NCBI RefSeq assembly: GCF_006345805.1
Contig: NW_021832742.1
Coordinates: 1-32,884 of the forward strand
Length of the DNA: 32,884 nt
Direction: 5' to 3'
Origin: Octopus sinensis
Lineage: Eukaryota
Shown here piece by piece: positions 12,866 through 25,310 of the stretch. The stretch's first letter is position 1. Each line of letters opens with the position of its first letter. The notes under the pieces are model-generated. The model saw only the letters and a list, made by a program, of their open reading frames with translations. It had not been told where the DNA came from and did no database searches. The translations under genes were made by a program, and so were the position numbers.

Positions 12866-13176
12866 TTTTTATGCGTCCTTTTCATGTCTAACCAGGCTCA
12901 TGGGCCCGGTTTCCAGGTTTTTGTGGCGTATGTATTCCCCCCAGCTGGACGGGACGCCAGTCCATCGCAGCGTTACTCAAGAAGCTGGAAGAAAGAGTGA
13001 GAGAAAGTTGGGTCGAAAGAGTACAACAGGGGTCGCTACCACCCCCTGCCGGAGCCTCGTGGAGCTTTAGGTGTTTTCGCTCAATAAACACACACAACGC
13101 CCGGTCTGAGAATCGGAACCGCGATTCTCCGACCGCGAGTCCGTTGCCCTAACCACTGGGCCATTGCGCCTCCACA
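12866..13176 (-). mobile_element. Composite tRNA-derived SINE with A-tail and 12-bp target-site duplication
   Basis: Head GTGGAGGCGCAATGGCCCAGTGGTTAGGGC...GGTTCCGATTCTC and a distinct central region, then the same 3' module as family A (GAGTAACGCTGCGATGGACTGGCGTCCC...). TSD CTGCGCCGGATT (12854-12865) / CTGCGCAGGATT (13177-13188). Confidence 0.82.
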
Positions 13177-13460
13177 CTGCGCAGGATTGCTATGATATTA
13201 AGGAGACTTTTTCGTTACTTCGTGCTTTCTGACTGCAATCTACTAAGATGTTCTATCGTAACTGTACGTTAACCAATAACTGGTCAAGGAAATCAAAGAA
13301 TCTGCTCGCAAACAGTTCTTGAATTCCAGACATATTTTGGTCCCTAACTTACGACCTCTTCGGTAATTTCATCATAATACATTTTTTTGGAAATATTTGT
13401 ACAAGTTCTTCTGTATGAGAGTAATATCCTCCGTTCCTTCCGCCATAGTATATACATATA

Positions 13461-13588
13461 TACGACGGGCTTCTTTCAGTGTCCGTCTACCAAATCCACT
13501 AACAAGGTTTTGGTTAGCCCGAGGCTATAGTAGAAGACTTAACTCAGAACTATGTGGTTGGTAAGCAAGCTACTTACCATACAGCTAT
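13461..13588 (-). mobile_element. 5' fragment of OR-like SINE
   Basis: Reverse complement of the head of the 15921 copy (TGTGGTTGGTAAGCAAGCTACTTACC; CGACGGGCTTCTTTCAGT..CCGTCTACCAAATCCAC). Confidence 0.75.
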
Positions 13589-14609
13589 TCACTGATCTCC
13601 TGCTTTTGCTTAAGAAATTCACGCAGACATCACAATAGTTATTGTATTGTATTCTTTTTGTGTACAAAAATTCTGTTTAATTCTGTATGTTAATATACGA
13701 GTTTAAAAATACCTAAAGAAAACTTATGTGTCATATATGTTATGTTTTTTTCTTATTATCATTCATAAATTGTAATTTATTCATAATTTATTATGAGAAT
13801 ATTGTTGTCTTGAGGAAATGAAAAGAGCAGCTGGATACAATAGATAAATAACTCGATCTCTGTCTTGGATTAACATCATGTATTCTTCGAACATATACGG
13901 AACGATGTGAGAAATGTTCAGATATATCTTTCATAATTGTTTACTATTTAATATTTATAATCATTCGACAACTTCTACATTGGCAACATATTATTTATGA
14001 CACAGCTGCTTGTTTAAGCAAAGCAAACCAACTCATGGTTCAGATCTGCAACCGAGGTTCGATCCTTTTTGTAGTTGATTATCAACATATCTTTAGTGTA
14101 GGAGATAGCACTCAGTCTATGGTGATAACGAAAGGACAGTCAGTATTACAATTCCTATCAAATCCCTTGAGCTGAAACATTTTCTGTCACTAAGTAAGAT
14201 TTCTATACATAAAATAAATTGCATATTCCGTATTGTACTATCTACTACCTACACCATAATCTATCGCGGTATTGACCTCAAAAAGTTATTTCTTGCTAAC
14301 GAGAGTTCAATGTCTAAATCATAGGGTATTTCACTCCACACATAAATTCGCCATAGATTGCTATCTTTGACCATCAGGATTTATGAAAAATGTATACATC
14401 GACTACCAAGGGTTGATAAGAATTATTTCCTTTATTCCATCGCTGAATACAAATCTTTCTCTACAACTTAGTTTCAAGCGATATTCGTTTATAGAATATT
14501 TCAATTTGGTACTATGCATGTTCAAAATACAAGGACGAAATTTCCACCCGTTTTCCTATCGATGTTCTAGAAATAATGGTTTCTAATTTTTGGCACAAGT
14601 CACCAATTA

Positions 14610-14780
14610 CAAGGAAAGGCTTTAATCTATCATAGTACCTGACTAATACTTTATTTCATCGTCTCAGAAAGGATGAAAGGCGAAGTTAACCGTGGATGAT
14701 TTCAACTCAGAACAGAGAGAGCGGAAACAATTCCATCATGGCATTTTTCGTCACTGTAAAAAATTTACCCATCCGCCGCC
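14610..14780 (-). mobile_element. Diverged tRNA-derived SINE (GGCGGCG-head family)
   Basis: Minus strand starts GGCGGCGG, then TTCTGAGTTGAAAT and TTCGCCTTTCATCCTTTC, homologous to 15540-15748. Another fragment lies at ~14848-14930. Confidence 0.55.
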
Positions 14781-15539
14781 TTCTGATTATCAGCATAATT
14801 GTTTCAAATGTTGGTTAAAATTCATCAGTTTTAGCGTAAAAGTATCAGTCTATTAAATCGATACCAGTACTTGACGAGTACTTTATCTTATTGAGCAAAA
14901 GCAAAGTTGAACTCGGTGGTACATAAAACCAGATAAAGGGACGGTAGAAAGGATTAGATACAGTCAGTGATCTGAAAATATTTAGACACATGGATTTATG
15001 TCATTCTCCGTCGGTACCTAGGCGGATGGTTTTGCAAGACGGCCTGAAAAATGAATCTTCCTTGAGAACATGATCGATATATATACATCGAACGAGGCAG
15101 TGAAACAAAGTAGAGTCCAGAAGTGAATCTCATAATGTGTACAACACCTCTGCTGGTGTGAAGCTTTGAGGAATGAAATTGGAGAGGAAAAAAGAAGGGA
15201 ACCAAATATGTATTTTACTTTCAACATTTTAAACTTCTCCGCGAGAGTGGCGAAAGCAGATGAATTGTATAACCGCTAAATGGATTTTGTCGTTTCCTTA
15301 ATAAAGTGAGTGCACGGTTTTACTATGTCTGTCATTACATGTGTTCTTGTGTGAGGTGTGTTTGTGCTGCATGTGTGTGTTCATGTGTGTGTGTGACGCA
15401 TTCTGGTTTTTCATAGCTTCAGGAAGACGTGTTTTTACTACACACGATCATCTCTGCGCCAACGACACTAAATAGAGAATAGCACCCGCTTATAAATGAA
15501 ACTACACATTATTGTCTTCCGAATTGTAAGGTTCAAATA

Positions 15540-15748
15540 GGCGGCGAGGTGGCAGAACGGTTAGCACGCTGGGAAGAATATTTAACGACATTTCGTCCGT
15601 TTAACGAAAATTTTTAGGTTCTGAGTTCCGCCGAGGACGATTTGCCTTCCATCTTTACATGTTCGATTATATAATTATCAATTCAGCACCAATATCGACT
15701 TACACCTCCTCCGAATATACTGGCCTTGTGCCAAAATTTGAAATGAAT
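15540..15748 (+). mobile_element. tRNA-derived SINE (GGCGGCGAG-head family)
   Basis: GGCGGCGAGGTGGCAGAACGGTTAGCACG (A box), GGTTCTGAGTTCCGCCGAGG (degenerate B box), ending GGCCTTGTGCCAAAATTTGAAA. Confidence 0.65.
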
Positions 15749-15920
15749 ATAGTGTGGATTATTGAACGATGAATTCCTAGTATCATTCTGTATCAACAAA
15801 AGGAATAATAACTGACGTGATAATGACGGCTTAGAAATTTAATCAGAAATGACCTGGCGTCAGAAAACATCATCGACGAAAGCAATTTCGTACAAAAATA
15901 TGGTATCACATAAACACAGA

Positions 15921-16097
15921 GGCGTAGGAGTGGCTGTGTGGCAAGTAGTTTGCTTACCAACCACATGGTTCCGGATTCATACCCCTGGGCAAGTGCTATA
16001 GCCTCGCGTCGACCAAAGTCTTGTGAGTGGATTTGGTAGACGGAAACTGAGAGAAGCCCGTCGTATATATGTATATATATATATGTGTGTGTGTGTG

Positions 16098-16131
<34 letters not shown>

Positions 16132-16310
16132 ACCCCCACATCGCCTGACAACCGATGGTGGTGTGTTTACGTGCCCGTAACTTAGCGGTTCGGCCAAAGA
16201 GCCCGATAAAATAAGTACTAGGCTTACAAAACTAAACCCTGGGGCTCGCTTTCCTCGACTAAAGGCGATGCTCCAGCATGACCACAGTCAAATAACTGAA
16301 GCAAGAAAAA
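15921..16310 (+). mobile_element. OR-like tRNA-derived SINE with internal (TA)/(TG) microsatellite
   Basis: GGCGTAGGAGTGGCTGTGTGG head, GGGCAAGTG..CTATAGCCTCG CORE-like block, internal microsatellite and 3' GGCGATGCTCCAGCATG. Colinear with 32080-32620. Confidence 0.85.
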
Positions 16311-17223
16311 CGCAAGCATAAAACGTAAAACTTAAAACGTAGAACGCAAATACATGATTTGGAATTTTGTTATGATAGAATTGTTTATCTGGGGTGACTG
16401 TACTGAATTGTATTGTCTATATATACATAAATATGCATAAATAGGAATGAACTACACAAACAAATCTAAGTTATAGAAATTTCACTAAACAGTGCTGAAA
16501 AAAATATCTGTTTTAAAGATATAATGTTTAGTGTAATTCAACTATCGTTTATTATCACAAAACGATTATATTTATATATTTTTTAGATCTGAAATCAATT
16601 TATTATTTTAATTTTTTTTTTCTAGCGGCCATTTCGTGATAAGTTATATGGTTTTCAATGTCATTAATCCTATGTTTGAAGATATTTATGTTTATAAACA
16701 GAGTATTTTATCTCATGGCTGATTCTTTATCACACGTATATTCATTCATGTGTTAGTGACACAGATGGGGTTTAAATATGCTCTATAGTATACATTCCTG
16801 TCTGTGTATGAATGCGCATGCATGATTTGATAGTGCGAGTGAATGCCTGGGGATATGTTTTATTTCTAAATATGTAAGCGTTAGTAACATGCATGTGAAT
16901 ATATTTTTGAATTATTGTGTGTAATTGAATATTGCCGAGTTATTGAATAAACTACCATTCAGAAATATTATTGAAATATTCGATGTACTAAAATGAATAG
17001 ATTCCAGGTAAAACAGTGTTCTTTTGTATTTGCTTTTGCAATAATGCAAAAACAAATCGATTTAAGAAAAACGAGAAGAATCAAATAATAAGAAACACAT
17101 CAACATAGCATTGCCATTATAGAGAAAATAGCACTGTTAGGCATCGTACCTATATTGCGTAGATGACTTTGAATATAATAGAAAAATGACAAAAGTATAT
17201 TACAAAACATTGCTGTGATTTAT

Positions 17224-17555
17224 CGGTGCAGGCATGGCTGTGTTGTTAAGAAGATCACTGTGCCACCACTCGGTTTCCAGTTCAATTTCCCAGGGAAACA
17301 ACTTGTGCAAATGATTTCTGCTTCAACCTCCATGCCAACCAATGTATTGTGAGTGGATCTGGTAGACGGAATACCGTCATATATATATATCACTCTCTTC
17401 GTCCGCCTATGACTCGAGAACTGCTGTTGGTTCGTTTACGTTCCCGTTAAGTAACAGTTCAGCAAATGAATAAGTACAGCTCGACTTTTTCGGGTAAAGC
17501 AATCACGGCGGTGCTCCAGCATGACCCAAGTTGAGTGCCTGCAACAAGTAAACGA
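17224..17555 (+). mobile_element. Highly diverged OR-like SINE
   Basis: GGTGCAGGCATGGCTGTG head, GTGAGTGGATCTGGTAGACGGAA and GGCGGTGCTCCAGCATG blocks. Confidence 0.65.
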
Positions 17556-17694
17556 TAATATATTCACAAGTTAAACCCAAACATCAATAATGCATATAAA
17601 CTATACTTTCAAATTAAAACGGTTGGAAAATTTAATAATATGGTTTAATACTGTCTTATCAAATATTCTCTGAACGTTATGGCGTAGTCATGGC

Positions 17695-17750
<56 letters not shown>
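17695..17750. repeat. (TAG)n microsatellite
   Basis: Directly visible. Confidence 0.95.
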
Positions 17751-17751
<1 letters not shown>

Positions 17752-18545
17752 CATATCAAGTGACGTAGCGTATTCTATATGTAACCTATCATTGGATATG
17801 GCTGACCAGATTTCGATTATTTACATACATACGTACGTACACGCATTTATTTTTGTATCTATTTGTATCACTCGAGAACTGCTGTTGGTTCGTTTACGTT
17901 CCCGTTAAGTAACAGTTCGGCAAATGAATAAGTATAGTACCAAATTGAAATATTCTATAAACGAATATCGCTTGAAACTAAGTTGTAGACAAAGGTTTGC
18001 ATTCAGCGATGGAATAAAGGAAATAATTCTTATCAACGCTTGGTAGTCGATGTATAAATTTTTCATAAATCCTCATGGTCAAAGATAGCAATCTACGGCG
18101 AATTTATGTGAGGAGTGAAATACCCTACGATTTAGACAGTGAACTCTCGTTAGCAAGAAATAACTTTTTGAGGTCAATACCGCGATAGTTTATGGTGTAG
18201 GTAGTAAATAGTACAATACGGAATATGCAATAAGTACGCATATGTATGTGACTGTGCGTGTATGTAGGAGCACATGCATGCGCATGTACATGCGTACCTC
18301 TCTCTGTGTCCGTGTGCGTATATATTTATATGCGTATAATATATATATATATATCAACATATGCAAATCTGTATATACATATATGTGTTATGTACGTGTA
18401 GATGAATGTAAGTATCTGTTCATCTCTCTCTCTCACTTCTTTTTTCTCTATCTCTTGTTCGTATATATTTGTTCAATGTTGTTTATATATCCTTTTATTT
18501 ATCCTTTTTACGCTTCAGTTCTATATTTAAGAGATGTGGAATTAT

Positions 18546-18621
18546 GTACATTATTTACGTTATTTACATTTGACTGATGAGGACAAATATCCGTCAAATG
18601 TAAATAATGCAAATAATGTAC
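18546..18621. repeat. 28-bp inverted repeat (fold-back hairpin) with a 20-nt loop
   Basis: GTACATTATTTACGTTATTTACATTTGA (18546-18573) versus 18594-18621; 26/28 Watson-Crick pairs. Confidence 0.8.
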
Positions 18622-18753
18622 TTTCTACAGTTGTCCAATTTAATCTTACCTCTGTGTCTTTAATCGCAAACTTATTTTGTTTTTCTCTCTTTTCTTTCTA
18701 TTTTCTTCTTCCTCTCTCTCTCTCTCCTCTCTCTCTCTCTTTCTATATTTGTG

Positions 18754-18784
<31 letters not shown>

Positions 18785-19228
18785 TGTGTGTGTGCGTGTA
18801 TGTGTGTACATATATACATATATACATATGTGACTGTTTTCTTGAAAATTTCCCTCAACCAATCTCCGTCACATAACCTAGTTTATTGGAGATATTATAG
18901 AAATACTTGCCCAATACGCCACACAATCCCCAGAATGTGCGATCGTGAAGCAAGCATCATAATGCAAGGCCTACCCACCGCCTATATTGATGGATATTTA
19001 TTAGAAGGACATCACTACTTACAAATACTAGAAGAATAGAAACCAACTAAAGAGGCGCTTTATCGTTTGATAATACAAACGTACCACCGAATGCTGTTGT
19101 CTGCTTAACTAAGATAGTATGCTTCCAATCGCAATGAGGTGATGGACCTCTGTGTTTTATGACTGTGCCAATTAAAAACGTAAAAACCGTTATACTGTAC
19201 ATTGCGTGTCCATGTGGAATTTGTAATC

Positions 19229-19263
19229 GCAGCAGCAGCAGCAGCAGTAGTAGCAGCAGCAGC

Positions 19264-19320
<57 letters not shown>

Positions 19321-19334
19321 TGTTGTTGTTGTTG
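19229..19334. repeat. Compound (CAG)n-(TAG)n-(TTG)n trinucleotide repeat
   Basis: Directly visible; explains the poly-S and poly-L ORFs. Confidence 0.95.
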
Positions 19335-19608
19335 TTTTCCATTAAAACACTGACTTCTGCAGTTGTTGTTTTTTTGTTCTGTTTTATACGTTATCCATTT
19401 TTCATTCTGCAAGCATTATACAATATAATTAAATTTGGTATAAGTCATGGTGACACGCACGTTTAAAAAATGATTTATAAGGAAATGGGAAAAAAAAATT
19501 ACATTACATTATTTCAAAAACATACGATTAGTTGCAGTCGATTATGAACAACAAACCTGAACATAGGCTTGAAGACAGCAATTTAACTAGGTTTACACAC
19601 TCAATCGT

Positions 19609-19745
19609 TATACATACATACATACATACATACATACATACATACATACATACATACATACAAACATACATACATACATACATACATACATACATACATA
19701 CATACATACAAACATACATACATACATACATACATACATAATACA

Positions 19746-19774
<29 letters not shown>
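19609..19774. repeat. (CATA)n microsatellite
   Basis: Directly visible. Confidence 0.95.
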
Positions 19775-19777
<3 letters not shown>

Positions 19778-21346
19778 ATCTTACAATTTTTCGATTGTTA
19801 TCATTCTTAAGCTGATCTCACGGTGTGCATAATACAAGATCAACATGTGACTCATGTTATGAATAACTATCGCCACTCTTGATTTGTATCTGTAATTTTT
19901 GCCTGAATTATGTTTAGGCTTTACGCAAACTTGTTTTGTGTTATATACTGTAATCGTTCAAAATGTTTCTTCTTTATCTGTTTCTTGTGTGGTGTTTCCG
20001 TTTCTAATTCGCATAATTCTTTGTATATTACATATTTCAGATATATTTCTTTTGAGACTAAAAAAATGACAGATTAGATATGGCCATAGTTTAAATAAAA
20101 GAAGGCTTGAAAGGAACTTTTGTTCACACTAGATTCATCTGTTTTCTTCTGATAAGTGATTAATGGTAGTAGTATGTTATCGGATGAAATACTTCACTCA
20201 ATTCGAAATAATAAATTCGTTTGTTCCTTTTCGCTTAAGTGAGATTAGACTGGATGTTCAAAAAGAATGTCATGTATATAATAAAATCCACACGCTCTCT
20301 CATCGTTAAATTGCTTTCCGATTTTATTTTTTGTTCATAAATTCGAAGTTCGAAAAGTTTATTATATAAAAATACACATATATAGTGAATATATGTGAGG
20401 ATGTTTTATAAATTTTCGGATCGAATCGATATCTTGTAATATGTGATAATGTTAGCGTTAGGCTGTTTGAATCAAGAACGTATGTAAATATTATTGTCAG
20501 TCAACCATAAACCTGTCCTTAGCGTTTCATCAAAAGAAGGCAGTAGGTAATAAAGGTAGGTATTTCTCTCTGTTTCTACTGGTGTTGGTGTGTTCTATAC
20601 GTATATCATATCTGAGTATAAAGTTTCAAATTATGGAGGAGTAGCCCTAAAGGATATATAAACCAAACTGTTACCATGCTGCGGTAGGTCCTTAAAAGTT
20701 GTTAGTGAAAGAAATCAAAGTCAGGCCTTATTTTTTTTAATGTTTGATCGCTATACCATTCATGATTTTTTTTCTGAACTACTAAGTTACGAGGACATGA
20801 ACAAACCGACACCAGTAATCAAATGGTGATACTTGACAAACACAGACACGAATACACACACATATATTCTACGCCCTTTCATACAGTTTCCATCAACCGT
20901 ATTCATTATCTAAATCAATGTTATATATGCAAGCTACTACTACTGCCGATGCTACTACTACATGTGACACTACTGCTACTACAACTAATACCACTCCTCC
21001 TCCTCCTCCTCCTCCTCCTACTACTACTACTACTACTACAGGTACTGAAAATATTACAAACATTACCACCACCGCCACAACCACCAGTGCTGCTGCTACT
21101 ACTTCTATTACTACTATTAATTTGATAAACCCACGCAAATTATAGATTTCACCAAACGTTTTTTTTTTAATTCTGTTGCTTTTGTTGTTTCTACTTTGTT
21201 TAATTTGATTCCTATCGGCGCTCTGAGAATGCAAGACAGCAGTATTCCCAACAACATAGCTACATTGGGATTTCAAATTTAGAAAGTGAATCGAACAATT
21301 TCTAAATTTGCGACGCCATTTATGTATTAGAATATTAGAAATCAGG

Positions 21347-21992
21347 AATATTAAATTTCTAAATATCTCATAGAGATATGTACGGTGGTGGAGCGATAGA
21401 ATGGTTGTATACTGTCAATTTAACGTGACAGTAGGGGATTACACCACCGCTGTTTAGCCCTAGGAAGCATCGACTCTTCCTGTCGGCTTCGACACATTTC
21501 CTGTGTCCTTATATATTTACGAAGGGGAGACAAATGTCCCCAACAGCTAGGCCTGCATCGAAGCCAACAGGAAGAGTCGATGCTTCCTAGTGCTAAACAG
21601 CTGCGGTGTAATCCCCTACTGTCACGTTAGATTGACATTATACAACCACTCTATCGCTCCACCACCGTACATATCTCTATGAGAGATTTAGAAATTTAAT
21701 ATTTCGATTTTGGTGATCAGTGAATAAACTTCACTAAAAATTAGATATATATATTTACGAAGTCGAGACAGATATCTGCAGCTAGCAGGCTTCTGCTACT
21801 CTAGACCGATGATGGGCAAAGACCCTGAAACATGCGTATCTCTAGATGCAGGCCTATATGCCTCCCCTTCGTAAATATATAAGGACACAGGAAATGTGTC
21901 GAAGCCGACAGGAAGCGTCGATGATTCCTAGGGCTAAACAGCGGTGGTGTAATCCCCTACTGTCATGTTAAATTGGCAGTATACAACCATTC
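21347..21992. mobile_element. Three-copy fold-back repeat with a hammerhead-like motif (PLE pseudo-LTR-like)
   Basis: 21347-21492 and 21558-21703 are 146-bp inverted repeats (8 mismatches). 21862-21992 is the reverse complement of 21399-21529 (4 mismatches). A hammerhead-like motif lies at 21800-21846. Confidence 0.7.
21800..21846 (+). ncRNA. Variant type I hammerhead motif (U4 to C)
   Basis: TCTAGA-CCGATGA-T-GGG(CAAAGA)CCC-T-GAAA-C(ATGC)G-TA|TCT..AGA. The core reads CCGATGA instead of CTGATGA, with a U.U pair at 10.1/11.1 and a minimal stem III. Confidence 0.55.
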
Positions 21993-22255
21993 AATATTAG
22001 AAAGTGCTAGTTTAAATCCTTTGTGTTTTGTTTACTGTATTAGCAACGTATTCCTTCCAACAAAAATCCATCCAGATTATTTGACGTGAGTGTTCAAATT
22101 TGACGTTAAGTAGCCTCTTCTTTATCTATAACATGACACACGTAGCCCTTGATGGCATAAATTACAAACAGAAATACTATCCTCAGGGAGGGTTTCTGCT
22201 AGGATAAGTCATGTTGTCTTGAAGAAAATTGCTGCGAATAGCATATATATATATG

Positions 22256-22344
<89 letters not shown>

Positions 22345-22449
22345 TTTTACATACATACATATACATATATGTATATGTATATATAGTGAGAGAGAGGGAG
22401 AAATATGTATATATATATATATATAATGATATTATAAAACTATTTTCAA

Positions 22450-22890
22450 GTGAACCCCTCAGAGCAGGTGAGATAGACGTGAGGTCTGAGACGATTGATG
22501 ATTTTCTGCGTTTGAGATAAATCGTACGGCTAAGTAAATCCTATGCTATGAAATCATGCTGTTTATATGTATACATCAGCAAGCAGCTTGTCCTTGATGC
22601 AATGCTCACCCCGAAGCTCATCAGTCTAGGCTCTCCTTTTCATTTTACCTGCGTCCAATCAGTACATTCCTTTCCCCTCCATCTCCTACTCTACTTCACA
22701 ATCTCATCCTCACACTCTACATCCCTCACATTCTACACCCCTCACCCTATCCAAACCCCATGTCAAATTCTTAAATATTATCTAAGTATAAATATATCGA
22801 AGTATATTTGCCACCTAAATGTGGCTGACCCATACTTCACGATGTCGTGCTGCTACTGTATACATCTGGCTCAGAGATTTACTATATAAA
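22450..22890 (+). mobile_element. Possible highly decayed PLE 3' end and terminal repeat
   Basis: Weak peptide remnants (EPLRA, EQVR, YEIMLF, KQLVLDAMLTPKL) are followed by a C-rich tract and GAAGTATATTTGCCACCTAAATGTGGCTGACC, which recurs inverted at ~28172-28203. Confidence 0.3.
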
Positions 22891-24123
22891 TATATTATAT
22901 TCTCGGAAAAATCGAAACCAGGCTCAACGAATATCCCATCCCATTTAGAATAATTTAATTTCTAGTCTTAAGCCGTTTCTGCGATAACTCGTTGTAGATT
23001 AGCATGTCCATGCACTGGGTATTCCGTCATCAGAGACTGAGATATTCGTCCTGCCTTGGATTTGATTTTTCCTATAATATAATATATAACTGCTATAACG
23101 GAACCCTAACTTGGATGCCTAAATTGAATCTTAGTAGTGATCTTAGAACCTAAATGTAGACATTCTATAGCACTTACCCAGCATATCTATTCGTTTAGAT
23201 CACAGTTGAATAAAACCCTTCATATTCTTTATAAATATAAATATATATGTATTTATATACCACCTTGTAATTTGAGTGTATGTCGTGCCACATCTTCTCC
23301 CTCTCGCATCCCTGTCTATCGCTATCTTTAGTCGAACAAATCGCTCTCGAAACTTATCCCGTACTATATAGATATTTGCTATTGTATCGTACCTTTTGTC
23401 AAACTGCTAAGTTGCATGAAGAGCAACAGCGTAACTCCAGCTCTGCAGCAGTCCATGGATAAACACAAGCAGAAAGACACAAGCTATTGAGCGGCTCGTG
23501 GCTAAAATAGAAGCCACTGACGTGCCAGATAGTGACACTGAGCCCGAAATCACGTCGTGTCAACGTCAGTTCATTTACCACACTGGGTATGTTGCATCTA
23601 AATAGCACCGATTTCTTTGCGGAGCGAATTTTCGATCTCCTGACTCGCACTTTATGAGCCCAGTAAGCTTCCCCCGTGCCATTTTGCGCATGTTCTACTT
23701 TACCAATACATATACTTCCTGAGTTCAAATCCCAATACAAGGAACTTCTCCGTCATTATTTTCGGATTCGGCCTCAGATGTAGTATCAAATTCATCGATA
23801 ATACCTTAGCTCATGATGTGCTCTCACCTGCCTATTACAGAAAAAGAATGTTTAGTGGATGTAAGTACACGCTCAATCTAGAAATCATAGAATTTCCGAT
23901 GTCTTAGAAATCTTAAATATAATCTTAATACACATAATGCGAATTTTCCACCGTTTGAAGTTATAGATAATAAAGTTTTCAATTAATATACGAACAACCA
24001 TTTATCATTCGGAGGCGTGTACAGGAAATTATTTTATAAATCAAATAAGATAGAATTGCACTCAAATGAATACACCTCAACCCAAACACACACATATGAT
24101 TATTTATACGCAATATGCTTACA

Positions 24124-24211
<88 letters not shown>

Positions 24212-24668
24212 ATATGTATGTATATATGTATTCATATACATGTTCATATAAATGTGTGTGCGTGTATGTGTATATATATACACACATATATATATATGTA
24301 TAGTAAATATCATATATACCGTGTGTTTTTGTGTATCGTACAAAACTCGCACATGTATATATGCGTATATATATAAACATAGGTACATAATTAATGGGAA
24401 TGTTCATATATGTAAATCTATAAATGACGTAAAATTGATCGTAACTCTAGTACGTTGATTTCACATTTAGCACAAGAGAGTCGTGCTATTCTTACAGAAT
24501 GAAACGCAACTACTTCTGTCGCAATCAGCTGTGAAGTAATAATTACAGAAACTCCCTTCAACTTGCTGAGTTCTCTCTTACACTTCGAATATCTTTTTGC
24601 CACAAATGTCAAGCTCAGTCGTGGATATGAATATCTATGTAAACACGTTTGTGTGTATTTCTGCCATC

Positions 24669-24710
<42 letters not shown>

Positions 24711-24949
24711 ATATAGCACGTCGACAACTTTAGGAACTTTATCCCATGAATGTCTACCGATACCTTGTATGCATTGCTGTGTTGCCCTCGCATTTAGATT
24801 GTTTTATTCAACAAATTTCCTTCGAATACTTATTGGTGCGGATTAGAGACATCCAACTTTACATCAAGTCAACGTATACAATTATATAATATCAATAAAT
24901 AATAGGCTTTAAAAATTTATTCGAAGCAAATTTGAAATTTGAAATATTT

Positions 24950-25310
24950 ACCCAGCTACATAGCAACACGAAATAAGAGAAATGAGAAAAGGTGGGGGTA
25001 AAGGAGGGATAGATGAAGGAGGAGGGCGCGGTGGGCTGCACATCTCACAACATGTGGGGTTCTCAGCCGTGCACCGTGGTAATGACTGGCATGGCATTGC
25101 CGCAGAGAATGGCCAGTGATACTCACCGTAGTAGCCACACCACCTCGCGGTGCTCATTTATCAGACGGGCCGCCGTTAGCCCAATATTGCCGAGGAAATC
25201 TGTAGTACAGGGTCCTGCAGCATCTCTCGTCTCGATGGTGACCGACACCACCTGATAGCGGATTACCAAGCTCCTCGCTACTCAGGAAAAACAAAGCCGA
25301 CGTGAAAGAG
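24950..25310 (-). other. CpG/GC-rich patch with a strong minus-strand splice donor; candidate exon or promoter-proximal region
   Basis: Markedly GC- and CpG-richer than its flanks. ACG|GTGAGTAT donor at 25127/25126. No recognisable protein. Confidence 0.3.

Noticed and set aside
13321-13370. Minus-strand CCGAAGA-GGTC(10 nt)GACC-AAAATATGTC hammerhead-like relic
   Set aside because: Needs at least three core or stem changes (U4C, G12A, broken stem III) and stem I is poor.
20918-21145. Thr/Pro-rich mucin-like ORF
   Set aside because: Built from (CTA)n, (CCT)n and (CCA)n trinucleotide repeats, with no splice or signal-peptide support.
22600-22630. Minus-strand CTGATGA-GCT..AGC
   Set aside because: Not followed by GAAA or a stem III.
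22995-23040. Minus-strand CTGATGA followed by small hairpins (GG/CC, GCATG/CATGC)
   Set aside because: GAAA is absent and stem I does not form.
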